A stretch of DNA of 64,000 nt from Peptococcaceae bacterium (GCA_049366715.1 JBMNCQ010000059.1:113607-177606); one strand, 5' to 3'; counted from the stretch's first letter, positions 26,064 through 36,583 are shown. The notes: generated from the sequence alone by a model not told the origin. Translations and numbers: made by a program.

Positions 26064-27427
26064 TGGACTATACCATGAAACAATTGGAGTATTGGGATGA
26101 GCGCATTAGAAATATTGCAGAATCGGCAGGGCTGGATTGCTATCCTCAAGAGTTTGAAATCTGCAGCTATGAGGATATGCTGTGTTATCTGGCCTATACC
26201 GGAATGCCGTCTCATTATCCCCACTGGAGCTTTGGCAAGGCATATGAAAAAAATAAAACTTTTTATCAATATAATCTTCAGGGTCTGCCCTACGAAATGG
26301 TCATTAATTCTAATCCTTGTATTGCTTATTTAATCCGGGAGAATACTTTGCTGCTGCAAATTTTAACAATGGCCCATGTTTACGGGCACAATGATTTTTT
26401 CAAAAATAACAGGCTTTTTAAAGAAGGAACTTCGGCGGATCATACCATTCAAATTTTCAAGAATAATTCCGCCCGGGTTAGAAACTATATTTCTGATCCG
26501 AGTATCGGGTACGGCAAGGTCGAAAGGATTATTAATGCCGGCCATGCCCTCAGGTATCAAACAGTGCGGGCAGTTAATACGAAAAGAATCTCTCCTGAGG
26601 AGCAAAGAGAACGGCTCTTAGCAAAATACTATGCCGAACTGGAAAAAAGAACTGTCTTGGATTCTAAAAAGGATGTTCCTTTTCCGGATCTCCATAAAAT
26701 TCCTCTAGAGCCGGAAGAAGATTTGCTGGGGTTTCTTATGGAGTACAGCCCGTTAGAAGAATGGGAAAAAGATTTACTAGCTATAGTAGCCCAGGAAACC
26801 AGGTATTTTATCCCCCAGATTGAAACAAAAATAATGAATGAAGGCTGGGCCAGTTTCTGGCATTATAAAATATTAAGCGGGCTGGATTTAGCTCAGGAGC
26901 TGCATCTGGAATTCCTCAGCAGGCATAATCAGGTAATCAGGCTGGTGACGGGTTCTCTAAATCCTTATTACGTAGGTTATAAAATTTTTGAGAGCCTGGA
27001 GAAGCACTGCGGGCCGGCTAAAATTTTTGAAGTACGGCAGATGGAAAGGGACTACTCTTTTATTTGGAAATATCTTACCAGAGAGTTATGTACGGAAATG
27101 CATCTTTTTCAATATCAGAGAAAAAGTGACGAATATGTTATTGATGAGCTTGCCGATGAAGAAGGCTGGCAGGAAATCCGCAGGAACCTGGCAGATCATG
27201 TAGGGATGGGAAGTATACCGGTCATAAAAGTAGTGGAGGTTATCGGGAAGGATAAGGTGCTTTTATTAGAACATGAGTATGATCAGCGGGAGCTGGAAAT
27301 GGTTTATGCCCGGGAGACCCTGAAATATTTAAATACGCTCTGGGACGGCAAGGTAATCCTGTTGACCGTTATGGACGGAGCCAGAAAAAAAATAATTTGT
27401 GAAGAAGGTAAAATCAGTATTTCTTAA
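26060..27427 (+). CDS. spoVR: SpoVR family protein
   Basis: 455 aa: PYEMVINSNPCIAYLIRENTLLLQILTMAHVYGHNDFFKNN and MNEGWASFWHYKIL. A 4-nt overlap with yhbH. Confidence 0.9.
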   Translation: MMDYTMKQLEYWDERIRNIAESAGLDCYPQEFEICSYEDMLCYLAYTGMPSHYPHWSFGKAYEKNKTFYQYNLQGLPYEMVINSNPCIAYLIRENTLLLQILTMAHVYGHNDFFKNNRLFKEGTSADHTIQIFKNNSARVRNYISDPSIGYGKVERIINAGHALRYQTVRAVNTKRISPEEQRERLLAKYYAELEKRTVLDSKKDVPFPDLHKIPLEPEEDLLGFLMEYSPLEEWEKDLLAIVAQETRYFIPQIETKIMNEGWASFWHYKILSGLDLAQELHLEFLSRHNQVIRLVTGSLNPYYVGYKIFESLEKHCGPAKIFEVRQMERDYSFIWKYLTRELCTEMHLFQYQRKSDEYVIDELADEEGWQEIRRNLADHVGMGSIPVIKVVEVIGKDKVLLLEHEYDQRELEMVYARETLKYLNTLWDGKVILLTVMDGARKKIICEEGKISIS

Positions 27428-27466
27428 ATCCATTGAGAAAAAATATAAATTTCGTACATATTATGG

Positions 27467-27491
27467 ATCTGCCGTAAGGCAGATTTTTTTA
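27467..27491 (+). terminator. Terminator of the prkA-yhbH-spoVR operon
   Basis: ATCTGCC-GTAA-GGCAGAT followed by TTTTTTT. Confidence 0.8.
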
Positions 27492-27603
27492 CGGAAAGCC
27501 GGAAGGAGGAAGGTTTAAGGCTTGTTTCTGGAAATTCTTGCTGCTTCAAAATGCAAGTGATAAAATTAAAGACAAAAGATAGTAATTTTTTCAAATCAGG
27601 AGT

Positions 27604-28110
27604 ATGAATATGCTTATTGGCGTGATTTCCGATACTCATCTGCCGAAAAAGAGCAGGGGCTTTCCCCCGGAGGTGCGGGAAGGATTAAGGGGAGCCGCTT
27701 TGATCATTCACGCCGGAGATGTTGTAGAGGAGTGTATTTTGGATGAGCTTGCCGGATTGGCCCCGGTTATTGCTGTCGCCGGAAATATTGACAGCGAGAG
27801 AATAAAAGAAAAATATCCTGCAAAACGAATCATGGAAATTGAAAAGGTTAAAATAGGTATCTGTCATGGTCATGGCAAGTCGGGTAAAACAATAGAAAGG
27901 GCTTTTAAGAGCTTTGCCGGTGATAAGGTGAATCTAATTATTTTTGGTCATAGTCATCAGCCGGTGTTAACGGAAATGAACGGGGTAGTGATGTTTAATC
28001 CCGGCTCCCCTACAGATCCCCGCCGGGAGCCACGGCCCTCATATGGCATGATTCAGGTGGCAGAAGGTTTATTTAACTGTACACATATATTTTTGGAAAG
28101 GAGCAGATAA
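27604..28110 (+). CDS. YfcE/MJ0936-type metallophosphoesterase
   Basis: IGVISDTH, HAGDV, GNID and GHSH motifs; 168 aa. Confidence 0.85.
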   Translation: MNMLIGVISDTHLPKKSRGFPPEVREGLRGAALIIHAGDVVEECILDELAGLAPVIAVAGNIDSERIKEKYPAKRIMEIEKVKIGICHGHGKSGKTIERAFKSFAGDKVNLIIFGHSHQPVLTEMNGVVMFNPGSPTDPRREPRPSYGMIQVAEGLFNCTHIFLERSR

Positions 28111-28111
28111 A

Positions 28112-28411
28112 ATGGCTATTGCAGAATTGGTTGTCGTGCCTTTAGGCACAGGTACCAGCATAAGTAAGTATGTAGCGCAATGTCATGAGGTTTTGGACCG
28201 GTCAGGCCTGAAATATCAGCTAACCCCTATGGGCACTGTCGTAGAAGGCTCTTTAGCTGAGATCATGGCGATAGCTGAAAAAATGCATGAGGTGCCGTTT
28301 CAAAATGGAGCGCAAAGGGTTTCTACCTCAATTCGTATTGATGACAGAAGGGATAAAGAAATAACCATGGAAGGAAAAATTGCCGCCGTAGAAGAAAAAA
28401 AGATTAAATAG
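28112..28411 (+). CDS. MTH1187/YkoF-like (DUF77) thiamine-binding-type protein
   Basis: 99 aa: AIAELVVVPLGTGTSISKYVAQCHEVLDRSGLKYQLTPMGTVVEG. Confidence 0.7.
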   Translation: MAIAELVVVPLGTGTSISKYVAQCHEVLDRSGLKYQLTPMGTVVEGSLAEIMAIAEKMHEVPFQNGAQRVSTSIRIDDRRDKEITMEGKIAAVEEKKIK

Positions 28412-28469
28412 TAAAAAAGTGGGTAGATTATTAGTTGTGAAATTGATTACAGGAAAGGTGGTAATTTAG

Positions 28470-28658
28470 ATGCAAGTTTATGTTGAGCAGGATTTATGTA
28501 TCGCATGTGGCGCCTGTATGAGTTTATGCCCGGAGGTCTATGATTGGAATGACGACGGCAAGGCGGATGTAACTGTTGATGAAGTTTCTGCCGATATGGA
28601 AGAATCAGCCGTAGATGCTATGGATAGCTGTCCGACAGAGGCAATTAAAGAAAAATAA
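28470..28658 (+). CDS. fdx: Small [4Fe-4S] ferredoxin
   Basis: 62 aa, acidic, with CIACGAC...CPEV ... CPTEAI. Confidence 0.85.
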   Translation: MQVYVEQDLCIACGACMSLCPEVYDWNDDGKADVTVDEVSADMEESAVDAMDSCPTEAIKEK

Positions 28659-28665
28659 ATTCAAG

Positions 28666-28689
28666 ATCCCTGTCTTTAAAGACAGGGAT
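28666..28689. terminator. Bidirectional terminator between fdx and the convergent PP-loop gene
   Basis: ATCCCTGTC-TTTAAA-GACAGGGAT with T/A runs on both sides. Confidence 0.75.
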
Positions 28690-28690
28690 T

Positions 28691-29434
28691 TTAATTTTCT
28701 TGAGGAGGGTTCCAGATATCCTCGCAGGATATATTATCTAAGGCCTGGACAAATTTTCGGGTAGCATCAGGGTAACTTTTCTTGATTATGTTGAGCAATT
28801 CTTTCATTTCCTGGCGCCGGGTATGCCCGTCGGCAGGACAGGGGCTGGGTATAACCGGTAAATTTTCTTTACGGCACAGGGCGCTTAAGGTTTTTTCTTC
28901 AAGATATACCAGTGGTCTGATGATGCTGAGACCTTTATCCTCATAATCAATACGGGGAGGAAAAACTTTAAACTTAGCGCCTTGTAAAATATTTAATAAT
29001 AATGTTTCGGTGAAATCATCGCCGTGATGTCCCAAGGCGATTTTGGAAAAATTATGCTTGTGGGCCGCCTTGGTCAGAGCTCCTCTCTTTAAACGCGCAC
29101 ATAGTGAACAAGGATTGGCGATTAAATTACCCCGGGGCATAATGGCTTCGCTAATTTTTGTTTTTTCTGTTAATAGTGGAACATTTATTCTTTGACAAAA
29201 GTATTCTAAACTAGAAAGATTATTATTTTTCCAGCCCGGATCTATATGTAAACCAAACAATTCAAAATCAAAATGGGAATAATTCTTCAATAACCAGAGG
29301 ATATACAATAAAGCCGTACTATCCTTGCCGCCGGAGAGTCCTACCGCAATCCGGTCTTTTTCTCCGATTAGCTGATGTTTTTTGACGGTATTTTGAACTT
29401 TACTTAAAAACCATTTGCTATAATTTTTATTCAC
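28691..29434 (-). CDS. PP-loop ATPase, TtcA-like tRNA thiolation enzyme
   Basis: SGGKDS PP-loop (VGLSGGKDSTALL) and Cys motifs CSLCARLKRG and PCPADG. Confidence 0.75.
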   Translation of the reverse strand: MNKNYSKWFLSKVQNTVKKHQLIGEKDRIAVGLSGGKDSTALLYILWLLKNYSHFDFELFGLHIDPGWKNNNLSSLEYFCQRINVPLLTEKTKISEAIMPRGNLIANPCSLCARLKRGALTKAAHKHNFSKIALGHHGDDFTETLLLNILQGAKFKVFPPRIDYEDKGLSIIRPLVYLEEKTLSALCRKENLPVIPSPCPADGHTRRQEMKELLNIIKKSYPDATRKFVQALDNISCEDIWNPPQEN

Positions 29435-29665
29435 AATTTTTACCCCAATTCGATAGGCTAATAAATTATATTATGGTATGATTTAATAAAGCAGTTAAAT
29501 TATAGCATAATATGGGTATATTAAAAACAAGGCTGCCCTTTATGGACAGAGGTTCAATTCTAGATTCTTACTCATGTGGTAATAATTTAACAGAAATTTT
29601 ATTTTTAAAAGTTTGCAAAATATTAAACTTTCCTGCATAATCTTCATAGTAAGGGAGGTAATCTA

Positions 29666-30184
29666 ATGCCCCAGCGGCGTCGCCAGAAGATCATTAAAAC
29701 CCTGGCTAAAGCAGCCAAACCTGTGAAAGGCGCGGAATTATCGGAAATTCTAGGGGTTAGCCGTCAGGTAATTGTCCAGGATATCGCTCTTTTAAGAGCT
29801 GAAGGTGAACAGATCATTGCTACACCCCAAGGCTATTTTCTAATTGATCAATCTGCCAATCATGTGAACAATGTGGTGAGAGTCTTTGCCTGCCGGCATG
29901 ACAGCAGCAGGGGTATGGAAAAGGAACTGAGGATAATGGTGGAAAACGGTGGGAAAGTTTTGGATGTGATTGTTGAACATCCCTTATATGGTGAATTGAA
30001 AGGCAATTTAATGCTGGGTGAGATTAATGATGTGAGTAATTTTATAGAAAATCTAGAAAAATCCGGAGCCGAACCTTTATCGGTATTAACCAAGGGGATT
30101 CATCTGCATACTGTTGAAGCACCTTCTCAAAGTATTCTGGATAAGATACAAGAGGGGTTAAAAAAGGAAAAATTACTGGTTTGA
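29666..30184 (+). CDS. niaR: NiaR (YrxA-type NadR) niacin-responsive repressor, HTH plus 3H domain
   Basis: GAELSEILGVSRQVIVQDIALLRAEGEQIIATPQGY and HPLYGEL...GIHLHTVEAP parallel B. subtilis YrxA. Confidence 0.85.
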   Translation: MPQRRRQKIIKTLAKAAKPVKGAELSEILGVSRQVIVQDIALLRAEGEQIIATPQGYFLIDQSANHVNNVVRVFACRHDSSRGMEKELRIMVENGGKVLDVIVEHPLYGELKGNLMLGEINDVSNFIENLEKSGAEPLSVLTKGIHLHTVEAPSQSILDKIQEGLKKEKLLV

Positions 30185-30292
30185 GGTTATTCTAAAAAAT
30201 GGATACATTATTTTTACGTAAATCCTATTGACTTTGAGTTAGTATAACTTATAATAATTGTACATTCCCCTTCTAATTGGAGGTGGTTACCT

Positions 30293-30901
30293 ATGAAATT
30301 TAAACGTTTAAGTGATGACAAGGTTCAGATCATAGTAAGTAGTGAGGATTTAGAAAAAAGAGATGTGAAAAAATGGGATTTAATGCCTTCCAGCCCCAGA
30401 GCACAAGAGCTTTTTCAGGAAATGTTAGATCAAGCCTATGAGGAATGCGGGTTTGAGGTTGATTCAGAAACTCAGTTAATGGTTGAGGCGTATCCTATGA
30501 CAACAGACAGCTTGGTAATTACCTTAACAAAAGTAAAGCAAAGTGCAAAAGATCTTCTGGAGTCAGATTATGATGAGGATACTGAGGAACTTTACGATGA
30601 TCTGGAAGATGAAGAAATTGCAGAATTAGAAAGTGATGAGCTTGTATATATGTTTAAGGAATTTGAAGATGCAGTACAACTTTGCAAATTAATTAATGGT
30701 GACTACCAAGACAAATGTAATATGTATAAACTGGGGAATGTTTATTATTTAGTTTTTGCCAATCCTGATAGTCTCTCTGACCATGCCTTGGGAATGCTGG
30801 GTGAATACAGTAATTTAGTGCATTTGTCTGAAGCGTATTTGCTGGAGCATAGCAAAATGATGATTGAAGAGAATGCTGTGAAAGTTTTAGCGGGATTGTA
30901 A
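30293..30901 (+). CDS. mecA: Adaptor protein MecA
   Basis: The N-terminus MKFKRLSDDKVQIIVSSEDLEKRDV, an acidic linker, and the C-terminal domain YYLVFANPDS...LGEYSNLVHLSEAYLLEHSKMMIEENAV match MecA. Confidence 0.85.
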   Translation: MKFKRLSDDKVQIIVSSEDLEKRDVKKWDLMPSSPRAQELFQEMLDQAYEECGFEVDSETQLMVEAYPMTTDSLVITLTKVKQSAKDLLESDYDEDTEELYDDLEDEEIAELESDELVYMFKEFEDAVQLCKLINGDYQDKCNMYKLGNVYYLVFANPDSLSDHALGMLGEYSNLVHLSEAYLLEHSKMMIEENAVKVLAGL

Positions 30902-30913
30902 CCGTAAGCTTTT

Positions 30914-30951
30914 AAAGGGTCCTTATTACAACGATAATGAGGACCCTTTTT
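30914..30951 (+). terminator. Terminator of mecA
   Basis: AAAGGGTCCTTATTA-loop-TAATGAGGACCCTTT followed by TTT. Confidence 0.8.
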
Positions 30952-31043
30952 TAGCAAACAGATATAAACAGTGGAAACTATAAAAAGTTTGGCAGGTTTA
31001 GGAATCAGTCACCGGTCATTAGTAACTAATGAGGAGTATTACC

Positions 31044-31682
31044 ATGAATTCTAAAGAGATTTTAAAGAACCTGAAAAGTATTTATCCTCAGGTAAAAACT
31101 GCTTTGCGCTTTAGCAATCCTTTTGAACTGCTTGTTGCTACCATCTTATCCGCTCAGTCGACAGACAAACAAGTGAATAAAGTCACAACCCGATTGTTTG
31201 AAAAATATCCGACTCCCTGTCTACTAAGTAAGCTTACACCACAGCAATTGGAAGAGGAGATAAAAAGCATCGGCTTATATAAAAACAAAAGTAAGAATAT
31301 TATTGCTGCCTGTAAATTATTGGTAGATAAGTTTAAGGGAGAGGTGCCTCAGACCCGGGAGGAATTAATGGAATTACCAGGCGTTGGTAGAAAAACGGCT
31401 AATGTTGTTTTAAGCAATGCTTTTAAGATACCGGCTATTGCTGTTGATACCCATGTGTTTAGAGTTGCCAACAGACTTGGACTGGCAACGAGCAGTACTC
31501 CTGAAGAGACGGAACAGCAGCTTATGGAGGTAGTTCCGCAAAAAGATTGGTCCGATGCCCATCACTGGTTAATCTGGCATGGCAGATTAGTTTGCAAAGC
31601 CCGTAAGCCGGAATGTACAAAATGCAAACTGCATAGTTTATGCAGAGAGTATCATAATAACCTGTCTAATAGTACCAAATAA
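31044..31682 (+). CDS. nth: Endonuclease III
   Basis: Start at ATG 31044, 7 nt after GAGGAG. HhH-GPD LPGVGRKTANVVL and an Fe-S cluster loop CKARKPECTKCKLHSLC. Confidence 0.9.
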   Translation: MNSKEILKNLKSIYPQVKTALRFSNPFELLVATILSAQSTDKQVNKVTTRLFEKYPTPCLLSKLTPQQLEEEIKSIGLYKNKSKNIIAACKLLVDKFKGEVPQTREELMELPGVGRKTANVVLSNAFKIPAIAVDTHVFRVANRLGLATSSTPEETEQQLMEVVPQKDWSDAHHWLIWHGRLVCKARKPECTKCKLHSLCREYHNNLSNSTK

Positions 31683-31896
31683 GTTTAAAGATGATGATCA
31701 GTTCTGTAAAGGCACAGATAACTGATGGATCTGGCCCAAGGGAACAGTTGAGCTTGGTGAAGGACCAAGCTTTTTTCTTGTGGTATACATTGGCAAGGGA
31801 ATGAAAATGCAGGGAATTTTTATATATTATCTTGTTTAAATTTGATAGTATAAGGATAAGAATAGTTGAAGATTATTTGCGCAAGGGGAGGTAGCG

Positions 31897-32619
31897 GTGG
31901 TAAGTAGTAAGAAAATATTGACGATGGCGCTTATTCTTTTTATTTTGCTGAGTCTTTTCGGATGTGCAAAAATCATCGAAGTTAAAAGAATAGGAAATGA
32001 TACAGGTGCTGAATCATCTGTGGATGATGAGGAAGCAAATAGTGTCCCCGAACAGGGCGGTCAAGAATTAAATACCGGTATATTTCCCCCGGAGCAAGCC
32101 GCTAAGCCGGAGACCGAAGGCCAAAGCGGCCCGGCGGAGGATGAATCTCCACAGAATTCATCTAAAGCTGTTTTGCAGGATGATGCTTCCCGGGATTCCG
32201 GGCCGGAAGGAGAAGAGGTAAAAGAAGCTGCCGGTGCCGGGAAGGTTAAGGCCGGAGTGATCAGCTATTTATTCCTGACAGGCACATATCAAGATGAGCT
32301 CCCCGGATTATATCAGGATCAGTACCTTGTGGGGAAAGACCATTTTGTACATCTTGGGGCGGGATTATATGATTCTCTAAAAGATACTGCTGTAATTGAG
32401 ATCGGCTGGTGGGATTATCAAGAAAAGACGATCTATAAAGAAGAACGGGTGGAAGTAAAGTCCCAGGACAAAATTTTTAAAATACATGCAACCTTAGGTC
32501 TGACCAAAAAAGTGCCGGGTCAGGATAAAATACCCGATGCGCTGGGTGATTATTGGGTAATAATACAGAAGGACAATGAAGTGCTTAGCAAAACCAGGTT
32601 CAGCATAGTTGCGGAATAA
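31897..32619 (+). CDS. Lipoprotein of unknown function with an acidic low-complexity linker
   Basis: GTG start after GGGGAGG. Lipobox LSLFGC, and about 90 aa of E/P/G/S-rich linker. Confidence 0.55.
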   Translation: MVSSKKILTMALILFILLSLFGCAKIIEVKRIGNDTGAESSVDDEEANSVPEQGGQELNTGIFPPEQAAKPETEGQSGPAEDESPQNSSKAVLQDDASRDSGPEGEEVKEAAGAGKVKAGVISYLFLTGTYQDELPGLYQDQYLVGKDHFVHLGAGLYDSLKDTAVIEIGWWDYQEKTIYKEERVEVKSQDKIFKIHATLGLTKKVPGQDKIPDALGDYWVIIQKDNEVLSKTRFSIVAE

Positions 32620-32661
32620 ATTGTTGGAAATTTTGCCGGAAAAACCGGAAGGAGAAAGTAT

Positions 32662-33819
32662 ATGACCCTTGATGCGTTAAAAGTTTTAATTTTTTCTGTT
32701 TCTGTAGGAGCGGGGCATGATAGTGTCGCCAATGCTCTGGCTCAGGAAATAAGCAGCAAATCACCGGACTCGCAGGTTCTGGTCGTAGATACGTTTAAAT
32801 ATATAAACCCTATTTTAAATAAAGTCGTTGTCGGCAGTTATATGGAGACCATTAGATTTACCCCTAAAGTATGGGGATACCTTTATGACCAGGCTGAGGA
32901 TGGAGAGAGGCTGATTGACATCGGACAAATCTTATCTAAATTACTGTCTTCTAAACTGGATCAGCTTTTAAAAGAGTTTGAGCCCGATATTTTAATATGT
33001 ACTCATGCCTTTCCCGTAGGAATTTTATCCGTATTAAAGTATAAGAAAAAATTTAAACAACCTATTATAGCATGTATAACCGATTATACAGTACACAGTT
33101 TTTGGATCCATCCCCAGGTAGATTTATTTGTGATACCTGAAAAAGATTTAGTCTATCCCTTTTTAGAAGAAAAAATAAGTTTAACAAAGGTAAAACCTTG
33201 GGGGATACCGATCCGTGTGCAATTCAAAAAAATTCCCGAGCAGATCTTAATCAGGCGAAAATTAGGATTGCAGGATAAGCAAACCGCATTAGTTATGGGC
33301 GGGGGATTAGGCTTAGGGAAAATCGAAGATGCTGTCTATAAGCTGATCAATAAAACGGATTTACAACTTATGGTTGTTACCGGTTCCAATAAAAAACTAA
33401 AAAGTAACCTGGAGCTTTTGCAAAGGGATCAGAGACTTCATGTCTACGGATTCGTGGATAATATTTCCGAACTGATGGCTGCTGCTGATTTTATCGTTAC
33501 TAAGCCCGGGGGCATTACCTGTGCCGAAGCCTTGGCAATGGAGCTCCCGCTGGTGATTATTTCTCCTTTACCGGGTCAGGAGGATAGAAATACCGAATAT
33601 CTCATCAATAAAGGTGTTGCGATCAGAATACGTAAGGTAGAACATCTGGTCCGGGAATTAAACAGTTTAAGCAGCAACCCTTTAAGACTAAAACATATGA
33701 AAGAAATGGCTGCATTTTTGAAAAAGCCTGATGCGGCAGCGATGACAATAAAAGAATCCTGGCGTATTTTGCAAGCCGGCTCTTTGGAAAATGATATCAG
33801 CGATTGTAAAGAAGCATAA
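32662..33819 (+). CDS. MGDG-synthase/UgtP-family diacylglycerol glycosyltransferase (GT28)
   Basis: VLIFSVSVGAGHDSVANALAQEI ... TKPGGITCAEALAMELPLVIISPLPGQEDRN. Confidence 0.8.
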   Translation: MTLDALKVLIFSVSVGAGHDSVANALAQEISSKSPDSQVLVVDTFKYINPILNKVVVGSYMETIRFTPKVWGYLYDQAEDGERLIDIGQILSKLLSSKLDQLLKEFEPDILICTHAFPVGILSVLKYKKKFKQPIIACITDYTVHSFWIHPQVDLFVIPEKDLVYPFLEEKISLTKVKPWGIPIRVQFKKIPEQILIRRKLGLQDKQTALVMGGGLGLGKIEDAVYKLINKTDLQLMVVTGSNKKLKSNLELLQRDQRLHVYGFVDNISELMAAADFIVTKPGGITCAEALAMELPLVIISPLPGQEDRNTEYLINKGVAIRIRKVEHLVRELNSLSSNPLRLKHMKEMAAFLKKPDAAAMTIKESWRILQAGSLENDISDCKEA

Positions 33820-33832
33820 AAGGTGATTAAGG

Positions 33833-34117
33833 ATGATAATCGGAACTATAACCATCAAGATATTTATTGCGTCTTCCCGTTCCTTAAAGGATAAACGCCG
33901 GGTCAGCAAAAGTCTGATCAGCAGATTACAGAATAAATTTAATCTTTCGGTTGCCGAGATCGGCTCTCTTGACCAGTGGCAGATAGCCGAGATCGGCCTG
34001 GCTTTGGTAGCTAACGAATCCCGGCATTTAAACCGGCAGATTTCCCGGATCATAGAGTTTATCGAAAAAGAGCAGTACGAATATGAATTAATAGAAGTCG
34101 CATCAGAAATAATATAA
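33833..34117 (+). CDS. DUF503 (YlxP-like) protein
   Basis: 94 aa: IFIASSRSLKDKRRVSKSLISRLQNKFNLSVAEIGSLDQWQIAEIGLALVAN. Confidence 0.75.
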   Translation: MIIGTITIKIFIASSRSLKDKRRVSKSLISRLQNKFNLSVAEIGSLDQWQIAEIGLALVANESRHLNRQISRIIEFIEKEQYEYELIEVASEII

Positions 34118-34254
34118 ACGGCATATTTTTTTTTGTATAAATTTTTAATCGTTTAAGAAGGAAATATGAGGATAATACAGAATTAGTTATGTGAGTACAG
34201 TTCAGCCATAAGAAATACTGTGCGGCAATATAGAACGACAAAGGAGGATTAGGT

Positions 34255-35103
34255 ATGACTGCAAAAATAATTGATGGTAAAGCAGCAGCTAAAAAATTGC
34301 GTGAGAGTATCAAAGTAGAAGTAGACAAAATCAAAGGTGCCGGAAAAGTTCCCGGATTAGCCGTAGTTTTGGTTGGAAGTGACCCTGCATCCCAGGTATA
34401 TGTCGGAAATAAAGAGAAAGCTTGTAAAGAAGTAGGATTTTACTCCGAGGTTTATCGACTGGCTGAAAATACTTCCCGGGAAGAGTTATTAACTTTAATT
34501 GATAAACTGAACAATAATGATAAAATTCATGGAATTTTAGTACAGCTTCCTCTCCCCAAGCATTTAGATGAGAAAGAAGTAATAAACAGAATCTCTTTTA
34601 AAAAAGATGTGGATGGCTTTCATCCTCTAAGTGCCGGGGCTTTATTTGTAGGTGAGAAGAGTTTGGTTCCCTGTACACCGAAAGGCTGTATTCACTTGAT
34701 AAAAGATATCGGTTATGATTTAAAAGGGAAAAAAGCCGTTGTTGTCGGGAGAAGCAATATTGTCGGTAAGCCGGTCAGCATTTTACTGTTAAATGAAAAT
34801 GCTACCGTTACGATCTGTCATTCCCGGACCCGGGACTTAAAAGCGGAACTTTTAGAAGCCGATGTGGTTGTTGCGGCAGTAGGCAGAGCCAATTTTGTTA
34901 CAGGAGATATGATTAAACCCGGCGCTGTTGTAATTGACGTCGGAATTAATAGATTAGAAAACGGCAAGTTAGCCGGCGATGTTGAGTTTGAATCGGCTTG
35001 CGAGCGGGCAGGATGGATTACTCCCGTTCCCGGCGGTGTCGGACCTATGACTATTGCTATGCTTCTTCAGAACACCTGGGAAGCCTTCAATAGCCCGGAA
35101 TAG
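34255..35103 (+). CDS. folD: Bifunctional methylene-THF dehydrogenase/methenyl-THF cyclohydrolase
   Basis: [21 protein letters not shown]...[18 protein letters not shown]...GILVQLPLP...[12 protein letters not shown]...[15 protein letters not shown]. Confidence 0.95.
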   Translation: MTAKIIDGKAAAKKLRESIKVEVDKIKGAGKVPGLAVVLVGSDPASQVYVGNKEKACKEVGFYSEVYRLAENTSREELLTLIDKLNNNDKIHGILVQLPLPKHLDEKEVINRISFKKDVDGFHPLSAGALFVGEKSLVPCTPKGCIHLIKDIGYDLKGKKAVVVGRSNIVGKPVSILLLNENATVTICHSRTRDLKAELLEADVVVAAVGRANFVTGDMIKPGAVVIDVGINRLENGKLAGDVEFESACERAGWITPVPGGVGPMTIAMLLQNTWEAFNSPE

Positions 35104-35112
35104 AAAATAACC

Positions 35113-35140
35113 AAACCCTGCCGGACGGCAGGGTTTTATT
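35113..35140 (+). terminator. Terminator of folD
   Basis: AAACCCTGCC-GGAC-GGCAGGGTTT followed by TATT. Confidence 0.8.
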
Positions 35141-35148
35141 GATGGAGT

Positions 35149-36510
35149 ATGATAATGGGACTATTAACAATAATCGAAAAAGGCAAACAGGCTATTATTT
35201 TGAGCTATGTTTTGTTGTTTTTAATATATTCTTTTTTCCCTGTAGCTCAGTTAAAGGCTGTCATGTTTCCGGTTGTTATTCTGATTTTACTGATTTCTTT
35301 TCCTTCTGTAAAAGATTATAATAAATACCTGGCTTTAGGATTATTTGCCCTGGGGGCAGCTCTGATGATTTATAATCAAGGCGGCATCTTCGATATCATT
35401 ACAGGGTTTACGGATAATGCGGGCTTAATTAGCCTGATATTGACAGTGCCGCTTTTAAGTATTGTTTTTGATTTTGAAAATTTTGACCGGACAATCAGCA
35501 ACATAACAAATAAATACATAGATTCGTCCCGAAGTTTTTATGTCACAACTCTCCTGACCATTAACAGCTTAGGTATGCTGCTGAATCTGGCAAGCATCCC
35601 CTTGGTGCATCAGGTGTTAGGTAATACCGGTGAGAGATATCCCGCAAAATTGTATTATCGCGCTTTGACCAGAGGCTTTTGCGTAAATTTATTGTGGTCT
35701 CCTAATTTTGTTTCTATAGCTGTCGTTTTAAACTATATAGACATTTCGTGGTATAAGCTTGCTCCGTTGGGTTTTTTGCTGGCTATGGTCAACAATATTC
35801 TGGGCATCTTTCTTGAGCAAAAAGCTTTTCTGCCGGCGGAGGAAAAAAGTGAAGCTAGGAGACCGGTTAAAGCCGTTGAAAAAGGGAAACTTTCGAAATT
35901 GATCCTCTTGATGGTGAGTTTGATTTTATTCATTATTATCTTGGAACTGATTATTCAGAAAAGTGTTTTAGTCGTAGTCCCTTTGGTATCCTTTGCGGCT
36001 CCTGTATTGCTTGCCCTGGCATTTGGCAAAACCCAAATTTTTAGAACTAAGTTTAAAGATTATTATGTTAATGGCTTAGCAGGTAAAACTAATGAAGTAT
36101 TTTTGTTTACGGCAATAGGTTTCTTTGGGTATGCCCTGGGCAGGTCACCCTTTCAAGAGTATATTCCCCTGTTAATAGAAAAATTTGGTATTGCTACCCC
36201 TGCTCCTTTAATGTTTTTAATATTATTTATTATTGGCGGTTTATCTGTGACAGGTGTGCATCCTTTAGTCAGTATTTCCGCAATCGCGGTAACCGTACCC
36301 GTCGCCTCTACTCCTCTTAATGAACTGCAGATGGCTCTCACCCTGTTAACGGGTTATATGATCTACAATTTACTTTCGCCATTCTCGATCCCTACATTGG
36401 TGGTTTCAGATTTAGCAAAGGAAAACCCCTTAACGGTGTCCTTAAAGTTAAATCTGCCGTATGTTTTATTATCAGGATTTTTTACGATTTTGATTGCCTT
36501 ATTTTTATAA
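35149..36510 (+). CDS. Polytopic membrane protein / putative permease, family not recognised
   Basis: 453 aa with at least 10 hydrophobic segments; located upstream of glycerate kinase. Confidence 0.55.
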   Translation: MIMGLLTIIEKGKQAIILSYVLLFLIYSFFPVAQLKAVMFPVVILILLISFPSVKDYNKYLALGLFALGAALMIYNQGGIFDIITGFTDNAGLISLILTVPLLSIVFDFENFDRTISNITNKYIDSSRSFYVTTLLTINSLGMLLNLASIPLVHQVLGNTGERYPAKLYYRALTRGFCVNLLWSPNFVSIAVVLNYIDISWYKLAPLGFLLAMVNNILGIFLEQKAFLPAEEKSEARRPVKAVEKGKLSKLILLMVSLILFIIILELIIQKSVLVVVPLVSFAAPVLLALAFGKTQIFRTKFKDYYVNGLAGKTNEVFLFTAIGFFGYALGRSPFQEYIPLLIEKFGIATPAPLMFLILFIIGGLSVTGVHPLVSISAIAVTVPVASTPLNELQMALTLLTGYMIYNLLSPFSIPTLVVSDLAKENPLTVSLKLNLPYVLLSGFFTILIALFL

Positions 36511-36583
36511 ATTTCAAAAGGAAATGCAGTTAGAAAAGTAGAAAATGATAGTTCATGATTAGTGATTGTAAGGGAGGAATAGA

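Noticed and set aside
23566-26605. Multiple 68-144-aa ORFs antisense to, or out of frame with, prkA, yhbH and spoVR
   Set aside because: All lie inside strongly supported genes, without RBS. These are typical shadow ORFs.
34118-34254. Possible riboswitch upstream of folD; 5' regions of niaR and the thiamine-binding-type gene were also checked
   Set aside because: I could not recognise the conserved cores of THF, TPP or other riboswitch classes by eye. An Infernal/Rfam scan would be needed to exclude them formally.
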